NCBI GenBank assembly: GCA_950097015.1
Contig: CATNEN010000025.1
Location: 2,108,001 to 2,172,000 of the forward strand
DNA from: Macrostomum hystrix
Taxonomy: Eukaryota; Animalia; Platyhelminthes
Direction: 5' to 3'
DNA length: 64,000 nt
Shown here one piece after another: positions 46,801 to 58,735 of this stretch. The notes under the pieces are model-generated. The model did not search any database and was not told the origin of the DNA. It worked only from the letters and a program-made list of their open reading frames with translations. Both the position numbers and the translations under genes were made by a program. Numbering within the stretch: position 1 is the stretch's first letter; each line of letters starts with the position of its first letter.

Positions 46801-49800
46801 ATGAATCAGAAATATCCCAAAATCATGGAGGCTTGATGAATCAAAAATATCCCAAAATCATGGAGGCTTGATAAATCAGAAATATCCCAAAATCATGGAG
46901 GCTTGATGAATCAAAAATATCCTAAAATCATGGAGGCTTTATGAATCAGAAATATCCCAAAATCATGGAGGCTTCATGAATCAGAAATATCCCAAAGTCA
47001 TGGAGGCTTTATGAATCAGAAATATCCCAAAATCATGGAGGCTTCATGAATCAGAAATATCCCAAAGTCATGGAGGCTTTATGAATCAGAAATATCCCAA
47101 AATCATGGAGGCTTGATGAATCAGAAATATCCCAAAATCATGGAGGCTTGATAAATCAGAAATATCCCAAAATCATGGAGGCTTGATGAACCTGAAGTAT
47201 CCCAAAATCATGGAGGCTTTATGAACCTGAAGTATCCCAAAATCATGGAGGCTTTATGAACCTGAAGTATCCCAAAATCATGGAGGCTTTATGAACCTGA
47301 AGTATCCCAAGTCATAGGAGTTTTTTATCTGAAAATAGACCACTTTTTTGGAGCATTTTTAATCTTCCAATTTTAATCCAAGCAAAAACACAAGAATTCG
47401 GGTGTTTTGTAACTAATTATCATAATTAATTGTACTAACATTGTCACGTTTCCTAGGCTAATCATGGCTTAAACCAGGCCGCTTCTGTACAGGTATAGCT
47501 GATCATTGTCAATTGTCTTAAGTTAAAATCAATCACTGCTTCGCATCGTTGCCATCGCTAAATGCGCCTTGATAATAAATTATTCTATTATTTTAAGTAA
47601 CAAGTTAGTTCTATCTGTACTGTCTTGTATTTAGTTGTATTCTCAAAGCTAGCATTATTCTCGCATCTGTTATACAAAATTACTGCTCACATAGCGAAGC
47701 CTATCTCACTCACTGTTTGTTACTAAAACAGCAATTGTCTTCTAGTACTCGTAGTTAACAACACGATGCCTTTGAGCCTTTGTCAAACTTTTGTGTCATG
47801 TTACTTTTGTTCCAACAACCTCATCCCAGCGTTGCTATGCCTAATCAATTATTGTCGGTTTTGTGAATATTTAGATCCTGATAATGATATTAGTGTGCGA
47901 TATTGTCCGCCTGTCTTTAGTCACAGCGTTTTCGTACACTCTTCACAGAACTGTCCTCCCTGTCTAACAGGTGGGCTGGCACTCTTCACAGAACTGTCCT
48001 CCCTGTCTAACAGGTGGGCTGGCACTCTTCAGGGAACTGGCCTCCCTGTCTAACAGGTGGGCTGGCACTCTTCACAGAACTGGCCTCCCTGTCTAACAGG
48101 TGGGCTGGCACTCTTCAGGGAACTGGCCTCCCTGTCTAACAGGTGGGCTGGCACTCTTCACAGAACTGTCCTCCCTGTCTAACAGGTGGGCTGGCACTCT
48201 TCACAGAACTGGCCTCCCTGTCTAACAGGTGGGCTGGCACTCTTCACAGAACTGTCCTCCCTGTCTAACAGGTGGGCTGGCACTCTTCACAGAACTGGCC
48301 TCCCTGTCTAACAGGTGGGCTGGCACTCTTCAGGGAACTGGCCTCCCTGTCTAACAGGTGGGCTGGCACTCTTCACAGAACTGGCCTCCCTGTCTAACAG
48401 GTGGGCTGGCACTCTTCACAGAACTGTCCTCCCTGTCTAACAGGTGGGCTGGCACTCTTCACAGAACTGGCCTCCCTGTCTAACAGGTGGGCTGGCACTC
48501 TTCACAGAACTGTCCTCCCTGTCTAACAGGTGGGCTGGCACTCTTCACAGAACTGGCCTCCCTGTCTAACAGGTGGGCTGGCACTCTTCACAGAACTGTC
48601 CTCCCTGTCTAACAGGTGGGCTGGCACTCTTCAGGGAACTGGCCTCCCTGTCTAACAGGTGGGCTGGCACTCTTCACAGAACTGGCCTCCCTGTCTAACA
48701 GGTGGGCTGGCACTCTTCACAGAACTGTCCTCCCTGTCTAACAGGTGGGCTGGCACTCTTCACAGAACTGGCCTCCCTGTCTAACAGGTGGGCTGGCACT
48801 CTTCACAGAACTGTCCTCCCTGTCTAACAGGTGGGCTGGCACTCTTCACAGAACTGGCCTCCCTGTCTAACAGGTGGGCTGGCACTCTTCACAGAACTGG
48901 CCTCCCTGTCTAACAGGTGGGCTGGCACTCTTCACAGAACTGGCCTCCCTGTCTAACAGGTGGGCTGGCACTCTTCACAGAACTGTCCTCCCTGTCTAAC
49001 AGGTGGGCTGGCACTCTTCACAGAACTGTCCTCCCTGTCTAACAGGTGGGCTGGCACTCTTCACAGAACTGTCCTCCCTGTCTAACAGGTGGGCTGGCAC
49101 TCTTCACAGAACTGTCCTCCCTGTCTAACAGGTGGGCTGGCACTCTTCACAGAACTGTCCTCCCTGTCTAACAGGTGGGCTGGCACTCTTCACAGAACTG
49201 TCCTCCCTGTCTAACAGGTGGGCTGGCACTATTTACAGGATGCATTTCGAAATAAACAGTAAAATGCAGCATTTTTTGTTAAAAGCCAGCTATTTGTCTT
49301 CACAATCTCGAGTTCTCACTGTTGTTACACCCTGTTTATTGAAAAGCAGCAACCACGAGTCCAGGAACAGCAGCAGCAGCAGCAGCAGTTCGTTCTCGCT
49401 GCTAACAGCTCATTTAATTATCGTCGAATGCACGCTAGCAGCCAATCGGATGCGAGAAATTTGGAATTAAGCCACGATACAAATAGGGTAATTGAAGAAT
49501 ATTAGGAGTCTGGAATCTGAAGCTAAATCTAGCTGTCATTTATCCCTAAACAAATTCTTCACTTAATCATTCGTTTCATTGTTAATTGGTGATTGAAAAA
49601 ATGTGTCAATAATGGAATCGCTTTTTTCGAAGAAAAATTGTAAAATACTTTTGTCTGTTGATTCCTTTAGTTTCCTGTGAGGTGAAGCTTTTAGTCTATG
49701 AATTGTAATTAGTAATATTTGGTAACTGGGGGGAATTGAATCTTTAAGCTATCGTATATCATTATGAACTACTAGCAGTAATATAGCGTGTCCATAAAAC

Positions 49801-50130
49801 TACCTGGGATAAATGCGATTACAGAAGACAAGCCCAGTGATTTGCTGTGAACTTTGATTTGACAGTAATCGATTTCTAGTAAGTGTTTTTTTATTAGTCG
49901 ACGATTTTTGACGAAACAAAATTCTAGAGTAGTAGTTTTTTCGCCGCACTCAGGTGATCACATCTGTCGCCTTCGATCAGGCCGGCGGTGACGCCACCGG
50001 ACAATCTTGCGAGCCAATCGCAGCCGACGCCGATGTCGACGTGGCCTCGGACACGAAGTGTTGCTTCTTTCGCCGACGCGGCAAGAAGAAGAATCGGGCC
50101 CAACAGCATCTGCATGCGCCGCGTGCGTGA
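40859..50130 (+). CDS. CSNK1G: Casein kinase I gamma (gilgamesh ortholog), 434 aa
   Basis: Exons 40859-41335, 41741-41975, 42373-42543, 42702-42856, 43326-43415 and 49954-50130, all GT-AG and in phase. Motifs: [85 protein letters not shown], and C-terminal [13 protein letters not shown] (the CK1-gamma palmitoylation motif). Confidence 0.97.
41402..41655 (+). repeat. 24-bp minisatellite (gtccttcaattcacctttatcatt), about 10-11 copies, CK1-gamma intron 1
   Basis: Directly visible; translates as KDNDKGEL repeats on the minus strand. Confidence 0.95.
42040..42330 (-). mobile_element. SINE-derived segment (tRNA-like head 42040-42100 plus body fragment) in CK1-gamma intron 2
   Basis: On the minus strand, tagctggctaagg...gagttcgaatt (A/B-box-like). 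The body is homologous to 4430-4570. Confidence 0.5.
42109..42274 (+). repeat. 40-bp perfect tandem repeat x4 inside the SINE body
   Basis: ctgcccatgcctcaacccctgagcacacgggtgtgtaaat occurs at 42109, 42149, 42189 and 42229. Confidence 0.95.
42872..43211 (+). repeat. 30-bp minisatellite (gggacagttatcccagttcaggatgggaat), about 11 copies, CK1-gamma intron 4
   Basis: Directly visible; in frame with exon 4 as [10 protein letters not shown] repeats. Confidence 0.95.
43770..47312 (+). repeat. 35-bp satellite (aaatatcccaaaatcatggaggcttgatgaatcag), about 100 copies, CK1-gamma intron 5
   Basis: Directly visible; the variant pattern repeats at 280 bp (aatcatgaag at 44161 and 44441). Confidence 0.97.
47939..49228 (+). 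repeat. 43-bp minisatellite (ctcttcacagaactgKcctccctgtctaacaggtgggctggca), 30 copies, CK1-gamma intron 5
   Basis: 1290 bp = 30 x 43; only a few variant positions. Confidence 0.97.
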
Positions 50131-50344
50131 ATTCGCTTTCCGCATCGCGCATCAGCCGACTGATTAATTACCTTTGCTACTATTTAAAGCCAGCCTATTT
50201 TTGTGCAGCCTGGCTCCCGGTATCATTGCTCACGTCTGATTTACAACCATCGATACCCCGAGCGGCTTTTCGTATTGCTTAACTTACCCATGCGCCCCGC
50301 TGTACATTTTACAGCCAACCGCCTCCCTTCTCCTTTCTGGGTCT

Positions 50345-50620
50345 TTCACCCACCTCACCTCCTCCCCTCTGACCAGCTACACCTACCCCACGACGCCTCG
50401 AAAACGTTTACACCCACCTCACCTCCTCCCCTCTGACCAGTTACACCCACCCCACGTCGCCTTGAAAACGTTTACACCAACCTCACCTCCTCCCCTCTGA
50501 CCAGTTACACCCACCCCACGTCGCCTCGAAAACGTTTACACCCACCTCACCTCCTCCCCTCTGACCAGTTACACCCACCCACCCTCCCCTGGTTCCTGCC
50601 TATTTACACCCACCTCACCT
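50345..50620 (+). repeat. C-rich 64-bp tandem repeat, about 4 copies, downstream of the CK1-gamma stop
   Basis: aaaacgtttacacc occurs at 50401, 50465 and 50529. Confidence 0.85.
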
Positions 50621-51721
50621 TCTCTTACTCAAACAATTCTACGCCCACCCACCTCATGCGCTTTCAGCCCCAGAATTTCGTGACCTGCCATGCAAGGCAG
50701 AGGATCCTATTTAATGCCTAACGCCGCTCTGTTTCTGGTTTTGTAATATCGGGCCCACCTTGGGCCTTGAGCAATTGCTATTCTGCGCATTCACCCAAGC
50801 TATCTTCTGTCAATTTATGAAGTTATTTACTATCGGTTGAATTTGGCATATGTGCGCGACTTATATATATTCTTATATCACTCTCAATATAGTTTAGACG
50901 ATGAACACCCACCCACACACACTAATCCAGCTGCAACCAACACATACACACTGTGTGCTGCAATAATAAAAGAAAGAATTTACGATAGAAGATTGCCTTC
51001 TTTCGTTTTCTTGCTAATTGCAATAAATTCTATTTGCTTATAACATTTGTTACAATTTGTACTATTGCCTGCTGTCTATGACGCTGCCTATTTCTCTATA
51101 TTGTTTAACAATGTGATGCTTTGCGTATGTATGCTATACTATGAAGAGTCATTATTAGTAGTATATAACATGCCTATTTGTCTAGGTTTAAACGCGCCTA
51201 GGTATTGCGCACACATGACCGTTTTCTTGCTGTTGTCTTGCTCTTACTATATTTTTATTGAAATTTGTGCTCCTTTGCCCTGGGGCTTGCGTGCGTGTGA
51301 AAATATTTTTCACTTCGATTCCTTAGGCCCTTTTATGTAGAACTATGTAGAACTTTGTATATTTTAATGTACCCTCATTTGGGATTTTAGTATTCTTCAT
51401 AGGACATGCCCACTAATTTCCTATCTAAAAATACTAAAGTTGTAACTTGCGCTTTTTCAGTTCCTTTTCGCTTTTTCAGAATCTCATTTCAAGATGTAAA
51501 CGTAAGTATGCCGTCTCGAAATTTGTTACTGTTAGCAGTCGATTATTGAGTAATCAAACTTCTATAAGGATTGGTACCATTTTTTTCTGAAGTTTTCTCT
51601 GTGTATCTTAGGCATTAAAGTCGTAGACTCTTGCGTCGCTGCATATCATTAAAGCTGTGAAAGGTGGGTGCGAAGAGTTTAAACTTTGGTGGTGTTGGGG
51701 TGGATGTTTAACCGCCCCGCG

Positions 51722-51970
51722 CGGGTGTAGAATTGCTGCGAGCGGGTTTGGGGTGGGTGTAGAATTGCTGCGAGCGGGTTTGGGGTGGGTGTAAAATTGC
51801 TGGGAGCGGGTTTGGGGTGGGTGTAAAATTGCTGCGAGCGGGTTTGGGGTGGGTGTAAAATTGCTGCGAGCGGGTTTGGGGTGGGTGTAGAATTGCTGCG
51901 AGCGGGTTTGGGGTGGGTGTAGAATTGCTGCGAGCGGGTTTGGGGTGGGTGTAGAATTGCTGCGAGCGGA
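51722..51970 (+). repeat. G-rich 32-bp minisatellite (gggtttggggtgggtgtagaattgctgcgagc), about 8 copies
   Basis: Directly visible. Confidence 0.95.
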
Positions 51971-52827
51971 GTTGGTTGGGTGTTTTGGGCTCTTCAAAAG
52001 GGGGTAGAATATTTGTCATATAATTTTTTATCATATGCATTACTCCGACATATAGAATTTATATTTAAATATTTTGTACTTACCCATTACTGACCTTATG
52101 TAGTTCCCTTAGCTGTGCACTAAATTCTGCACATATTTAATCATATGATAATCGTCATGATACAAATACAAACACGGCTCACAAAGCATTCACAGACGAA
52201 TTAAAAGATTTAGCTTGCATATTGCTGTATCAGTTTATATAGCGTTACCTGTTTTCTTCACTAACATTTCATTCCCAACTAATTTACTTTTTTCCTTTGA
52301 ACTGTCCCAGATGACGACATTTCAAATTTGTTTATATGCTATTTAATAATTGGCGAACCTACAGTTTCCATTGCTGTCTTTAACTTTTGCTGCTTGCATT
52401 AAATCTTACACCTGTTACTAGTAAGTAGTAAGTAGACTTCATTCACGACCTTGATGAATTGAAAAAAGTTTCTTTCACACATGAAATTATAGTTTTTTTC
52501 TGTCTGCTTTTAATAGTAATGAAGATTTAACTTTTCTGTGTTTCCATGCCTTTTGTTAAAACACGCGTTTCTGCCACTCACACATTTTTTTGATCTCCGG
52601 TAAATTCCAAAATTTTGCCCCCCCCCTCTGCCTACCTAACCGAGACCTGTACTTGGCCTGTTTATAAACTGAATAATAAGTAATGATATAATGAAAATTG
52701 TTATTATTGTTAAATTCGGCACGAAATTCTACGATTGCCTCTCTGCGATAGTAAACACTTATATATTTATACTGCTTAGTAGTACCCTTGCGTGTTGTTA
52801 CTTATTTCTTACAGTGACTCTTGTTAA

Positions 52828-54552
52828 CAGTAGAACTATTAAGTGGGGAATTACCCTCCCCTGACAATTTTTTCTGCTGCACCCGAACGGAGCAACGTAA
52901 GCACACGAAACTCACGAGCCTTGCCAGGCCTTCAAAACTTATCAGCATGTCACCCGAATGTGCCTTTAGCATCTCCGTCTTCGGTGGTCATCTACCATTA
53001 TCTAGCAGGACACCATCGCCTATTCTGTCAGCCAACCAGTCACCACCCAACGCGGTTAGCATTCAGACGCTGCCAAAAAGTTTTCAGGGGAATTTGGTAT
53101 AAAAACGGGCGGCAAAATTGCTTTGTAGTTCTTCTGTTAAAGACCCTCGTGACAAGGACAACTAACACTGCTGTATAGTTCTTCTGTTAAAGACCCTGGT
53201 GACAAGGACAACTAACACTGCTGTATAGTTCTTCTGTTAAAGACCCTGGTGACAAGGACAACTAACACTGCTGTATAGTTCTTCTGTTAAAGACCCTGGT
53301 GACAAGGACAACTAACACTGCTGTATAGTTCTTCTGTTAAAGACCCAGGTGACAAGGACAACTAACACTGCTGTATAGTTCTTCTGTTAAAGACCCTGGT
53401 GACAAGGACAACTAACACTGCTGTAAAGTTCTTCTGTTAAAGACCCTGGTGACAAGGACAACTAACACTGCTGTATAATTCTTCTGTTAAAGACCCTGGT
53501 GACAAGGACAACTAACACTGCTGTAAAGTTCTTCTGTTAAAGACCCTGGTGACAAGGACAACTAACACTGCTGTATAGTTCTTCTGTTAAAGACCCTGGT
53601 GACAAGGACAACTAACACTGCTGTATAATTCTTCTGTTAAAGACCCTGGTGACAAGGACAACTAACACTGCTGTAAAGTTCTTCTGTTAAAGACCCTGGT
53701 GACAAGGACAACTAACACTGCTGTATAGTTCTTCTGTTAAAGACCCAGGTGACAAGGACAACTAACACTGCTGTATAGTTCTTCTGTTAAAGACCCTGGT
53801 GACAAGGACAACTAACACTGCTGTAAAGTTCTTCTGTTAAAGACCCTGGTGACAAGGACAACTAACACTGCTGTATAATTCTTCTGTTAAAGACCCTGGT
53901 GACAAGGACAACTAACACTGCTGTAAAGTTCTTCTGTTAAAGACCCTGGTGACAAGGACAACTAACACTGCTGTATAGTTCTTCTGTTAAAGACCCTGGT
54001 GACAAGGACAACTAACACTGCTGTATAGTTCTTCTGTTAAAGACCCTGGTGACAAGGACAACTAACACTACTGTATAGTTCTTCTGTTAAAGACCCTGGT
54101 GACAAGGACAACTAACACTGCTGTATAATTCTTCTGTTAAAGACCCTGGTGACAAGGACAACTAACACTGCTGTATAGTTCTTCTGTTAAAGACCCTGGT
54201 GACAAGGACAACTAACACTGCTGTATAGTTCTTCTGTTAAAGACCCAGGTGACAAGGACAACTAACACTGCTGTATAATCTATGGCGAATCCGTATTGGT
54301 TAAAAAATACGAGTGTAAAATTTGACTATGCAATTAACAATAAAAGCCTATATTGCTATAAATTTTGCCAATATAGGTGTTTTTTTACCAGACACCCCGA
54401 CTAGAATTGTTGAATATCTGGACGATGCAGATGCTTTGAGATTCTGGAAGTTGTCTCATCGGATTGAGCGGAAAACTTTAGCCCGTGTCTGGATTTTCAT
54501 TAGTAGAATATTTTGGGAGATACAGAAAAATAAAAACGTGGTCTTTCTACTG
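52828..54552. mobile_element. CAGTAG...CTACTG inverted-repeat element containing a 50-bp array
   Basis: Starts TTAA|CAGTAGAAC (52828) and ends ggtctttCTACTG (54552), abutting a SINE. 54229-54552 is colinear with the reverse complement of 15307-15681. Confidence 0.6.
53129..54278 (+). repeat. 50-bp minisatellite (ttcttctgttaaagaccctggtgacaaggacaactaacactgctgtatag), 23 copies
   Basis: Unit starts every 50 bp from 53129 to 54229. Confidence 0.97.
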
Positions 54553-54554
54553 TT

Positions 54555-54657
54555 GGGTGTCTTACTCAAGGACACGAATTCTTTCATTGGAATCGGGAGT
54601 CGAACCCCCGACCTTCAAGTCGTGAGTTCGACGCTCTAAGCGGTTGGCTGCAACCTG
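54555..54657 (-). mobile_element. tRNA-derived SINE head (same family as 13577-13720)
   Basis: Minus strand: cagccaaccgcttagagcg...ggttcgactcc...gtgtccttgagtaagacac. Confidence 0.65.
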
Positions 54658-55290
54658 TAACCTGGCTGTCTAGGCTACTCTCTCTCTTGTACTTTTTGGA
54701 TATAAGTTGTGGCATTTTAATGAACATTTTCAATAGTGCTAACTACTATTAGTAGCGTAAATTGCGTACTAGTATATTTTATGCTAGTTGACATCGAACT
54801 ATAAAAAATGTCCCGCTCCGACAAAGCTCTACAGTTTGATAAGGCTTGAGCCGTGAGTCTGTTGCGCCACCCCATCTTAGGCTCTTCCGTTAATTTGTGT
54901 TGATTTTGTAGATTTCTAGTTTTGTAAACATTCAGTGAAGCGTGATTCATTAGACAATTGAAAGCCTGTTGGGCCATTCAAAAGGCGCGGGAAGGCCGGA
55001 CGCTGCCGCCGCCACGGTCTGAGGGCAGTCGAGCGGCGAAAATCTTTAATGCGAAGTCTTGCTGAATGATTGCGTAATCAGTGCCCGGCACTGCCCAGCT
55101 AAACAGATCGGAAGACAGTTAAATTTGTTTCCTGAATTAGGGGCTATAAATGCGTCACCCTCTTAAGTTGTAATTCTAGGCTTTCAGCTGTGGGACTTCC
55201 ATTTAATTCTTGGCTGTACAATTTTTTACGTTCATTAGGCTGGCAAATAAAGCGTTAAGCCTGATTTAGCTTGCTTACAAAGTGCTGTCC

Positions 55291-57689
55291 CTTGTGTCTA
55301 ACAGGTTATCCTTGTGTGTAACAGGTTATCCTTGTGTGTAACAGGTTATCCTTGTGTGTAACAGGTTATCCTTGTGTGTAACAGGTTATCCGTGTGTCTA
55401 GCAGGTTATCCTCGTGTCTAACAGGTTATCATTGTGTCTAACAGGTTATCCTTGTGTCTAACAGGTTATCCTTGTGTCTAACAGGTTATCCTTGTGTCTA
55501 ACAGGTTATCCTTGTGTCTAACAGGTTATCCTTGTGTCTAACAGGTTATCCTTGTGTCTAACAGGTTATCCTTGTGTCTAACAGATTATCCTTGTGTCTA
55601 ACAGGTTATCCTTGTGTCTAACAAGTTATCCTTGTGTCTAACAGGGTATCCTCGTGTGTAACAGGTTATCCTTGTGTCTAACAGGTTATCCTCGTGTCTA
55701 ACAGGTTATCATTGTGTCTAACAGGTTATCCTTGTGTCTAACAGGTTATCCTTGTGTCTAACAGGTTATCCTTGTGTCTAACAGGTTATCCTTGTGTCTA
55801 ACAGGTTATCCTTGTGTCTAACAGGTTCACCTTGTGTCTAACAAGTTATCCTTGTGTCTAACAGGTTATCCTTGTGTCTAACAGGTTATCATTGTGTCTA
55901 ACAGGTTATCCTTGTCTCACAGGTTATCATTGTGTCTAACAGGTTATCCTTGTGTCTAACAGGTTATCCTTGTGTCTAACAAGTTATCCTTGTGTCTAAC
56001 AGGGTATCCTCGTGTGTAACAGGTTATCATTGTGTCTAACAGGTTATCCTCGTGTCTAACAGGTTATCATTGTGTCTAACAGGTTATCCTTGTGTCTAAC
56101 AGGTTATCATTGTGTCTTACAGGTTATTCTTGTGTCTAACAGGTTAACCTTGTGTCTAACAGGTTATCCTTGTGTCTAACAGGTTATCCTTGTGTCTAAC
56201 AGGTTATCCATGTGTCTAACAGATTATCATTGTGTCTTACAGGTTATTCTTGTGTCTAACAGGTTATCCTTGTGTCTAACAGGTTATCCTTGTGTCTAAC
56301 AGGTTATCCTTTTGTGTAACAGGCTATCCTTGTGTCTAACAGGTTATCCTTGTGTCTAACAGGTTATCCTTGTGTCTAACAGGTTATCATTGTGTCTAAC
56401 AGGTTATCCTTGTCTCACAGGTTCACCTTGTGTCTAACAGGTTATCCTTGTGTCTAACAGGTTATCCTTGTGTCTAACAGGTTATCCATGTGTCTAACAG
56501 GTTATCATTGTGTCTTACAGGTTATTCTTGTGTCTAACAGGTTATCCATGTGTCTAACAGGTTATCATTGTGTCTAACAGGTTATCCTTGTGTCTAACAG
56601 GTTATCCTTGTGTGTAACAGGCTATCCTTGTGTCTAACAGGTTATCCTTGTGTCTAACAGGTTATCCTTGTGTCTAACAGGTTATCCTTGTGTCTAACAG
56701 GTTATGCTTGTGTCTAACAGATTATCCTTGTGTCTAACAGGTTATTCTTGTGTCTAACAGGTTATCCTTGTGTCTAACAGGTTATCCTTGTGTCTAACCG
56801 GTTATCATTGTGTCTAACAGGTTATCCTTGTCTCACAGGTTCACCTTGTGTCTAACAGGTTATCCTTGTGTCTAACAGGTTATCCTTGTGTCTAACAGGT
56901 TATCCTTGTGTCTACCAGGTTATCCTTGTGTCTAACAGGTTATCCTTGTGTCTAACAGGTTATCCTTGTGTCTAACAGGTTATCATTGTGTCTAACAGGT
57001 TATCCTTGTCTCACAGGTTCACCTTGTGTCTAACAGGTTATCCTTGTGTCTAACAGGTTATCCTTGTGTCTAACAGGTTATCCTTGTGTCTAACAGGTTA
57101 TCCTTGTGTCTAACAGGTTATCCTTGTGTCTAACAGGTTATCCATGTGTCTAACAGGTTATCATTGTGTCTTACAGGTTATTCTTGTGTCTAACAGGTTA
57201 TCCATGTGTCTAACAGGTTATCATTGTGTCTAACAGGTTATCCTTGTGTCTAACAGGTTATCCTTGTGTGTAACAGGCTATCCTTGTGTCTAACAGGTTA
57301 TCCTTGTGTCTAACAGGTTATCCTTGTGTCTAACAGGTTATCCTTGTGTCTAACAGGTTATGCTTGTGTCTAACAGATTATCCTTGTGTCTAACAGGTTA
57401 TTCTTGTGTCTAACTGGCTATCCTTGTGTCTAACAGGTTATTCTTGTGTCTAACAGGTTATCCTTGTGTCTAACAGGTTATCCTTGTGTCTAACAGGTTA
57501 TCCTTGTGTCTAACAGGTTATCCTTGTGTCTAACAGGTTATGCTTGTGTCTAACAGATTATCCTTGTGTCTAACAGGTTATTCTTGTGTCTAACAGGTTA
57601 TCCTTGTGTCTAACAGGTTATCCTTGTGTCTAACAGGTTATGATTGTGTCTGACAGGTTATCCTTGTGTCTAACAGGTTATCCTTGTGT
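55291..57689 (+). repeat. 20-bp satellite (cttgtgtctaacaggttatc), about 120 copies
   Basis: Directly visible, with recurring 18-bp deletion variants (cttgtctcacagg). Confidence 0.97.
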
Positions 57690-58152
57690 TAAACTAAATT
57701 AATTTTTTGCATTAAAAAGAATTCAGCATTCTGCATTATTCCTATTGACTTTGTTACTTCACTAGAAAATAAAGTTTACTGTTATAAATTCTAGGGCTAA
57801 GAAAACTCAATTCTTAACTGTTGCTTAAGATAAAGCAAGACGACACGCAGCGACAATGGAATGGAACAGAACTAAATCGGTTTAGGCTCAGCAGACCTTG
57901 ATTTACCTCTGCAGCTTAACTATTTGTTATAATTCAATTGCAAAGCTGAACAGGACGAGGCGCAAATTCATTGTCTCTGACAAATTGGAAAGTTTTTTTT
58001 ATTTTCAATACTTGCATTATTCTGCTTGCCGTAATCCTAGTCTTTTTGAGTGTCCCATTGTAAACGAGGTCACATTGGGAGAAACCTTATGTTTATTTCG
58101 TGTTCAATGTCTCTATATTAAAGATTGAAATAATTTGACTGATTTATTTAGC

Positions 58153-58735
58153 TTGTCGAATTTCCTCAGTTCGTCGAATTTCCTCAGTTCGTCGAATTTC
58201 CACAGTTCGTCGAATTTCCTCAGTTCGTCGAATTTCCTCAGTTCGTCGAATTTCCTCAGTTCGTCGAATTTCCACAGTTCGTCGAATTTACAAAGTTTGT
58301 CGAATTTCCTCAGCTGGTTGAATTTCCTCAGTTCGTCGAATTTCCACAGATGGGTGAATTTCCACAGTTCGTCGAATTTCCACAGTTCGTCGAATTTCCT
58401 CAGTTCGTCGAATTTCCACAGATGGGTGAATTTCCACAGTTCGTCGAATTTCCTCAGTTCGTCGAATTTCCACAGTTCGTCGAATTTCCTCAGTTCGTCG
58501 AATTTCCTCAGTTCGTCGAATTTCCACAGTTCATTGAATTTCCACAGTTTGTCGAATTTCCAGTTTGTCGAATTTCCACAGTTCGTCGAATTTCCACAGT
58601 TCGTCGAATTTCCTTAGTTCGTCGAATTTCCTCAGTTCGGCGAATTTCCTCAGCTCGTCGGAATTCCAAATTCGTTAAATTTCCACCGGTCGTCGAATTT
58701 CCTCAGTTCGTCGAATTTCCTCAGTTCGTTGATTT
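58153..58735 (+). repeat. 18-bp minisatellite (tcgtcgaatttcctcagt), about 32 copies
   Basis: Directly visible; gives the VEFPQF/SSNFLS pseudo-ORFs. Confidence 0.95.

Noticed and set aside
53161-53175. CTAACACTGC, resembling the twister ribozyme 5' strand
   Set aside because: No L4 UCCYAAGC or GAGG partner is present, and the motif is not conserved in the single-copy relatives.
53129-54278. CRISPR-like regular arrays (also the 43-, 35- and 32-bp arrays)
   Set aside because: The units are head-to-tail with no unique spacers, there are no cas genes, and the context is eukaryotic.
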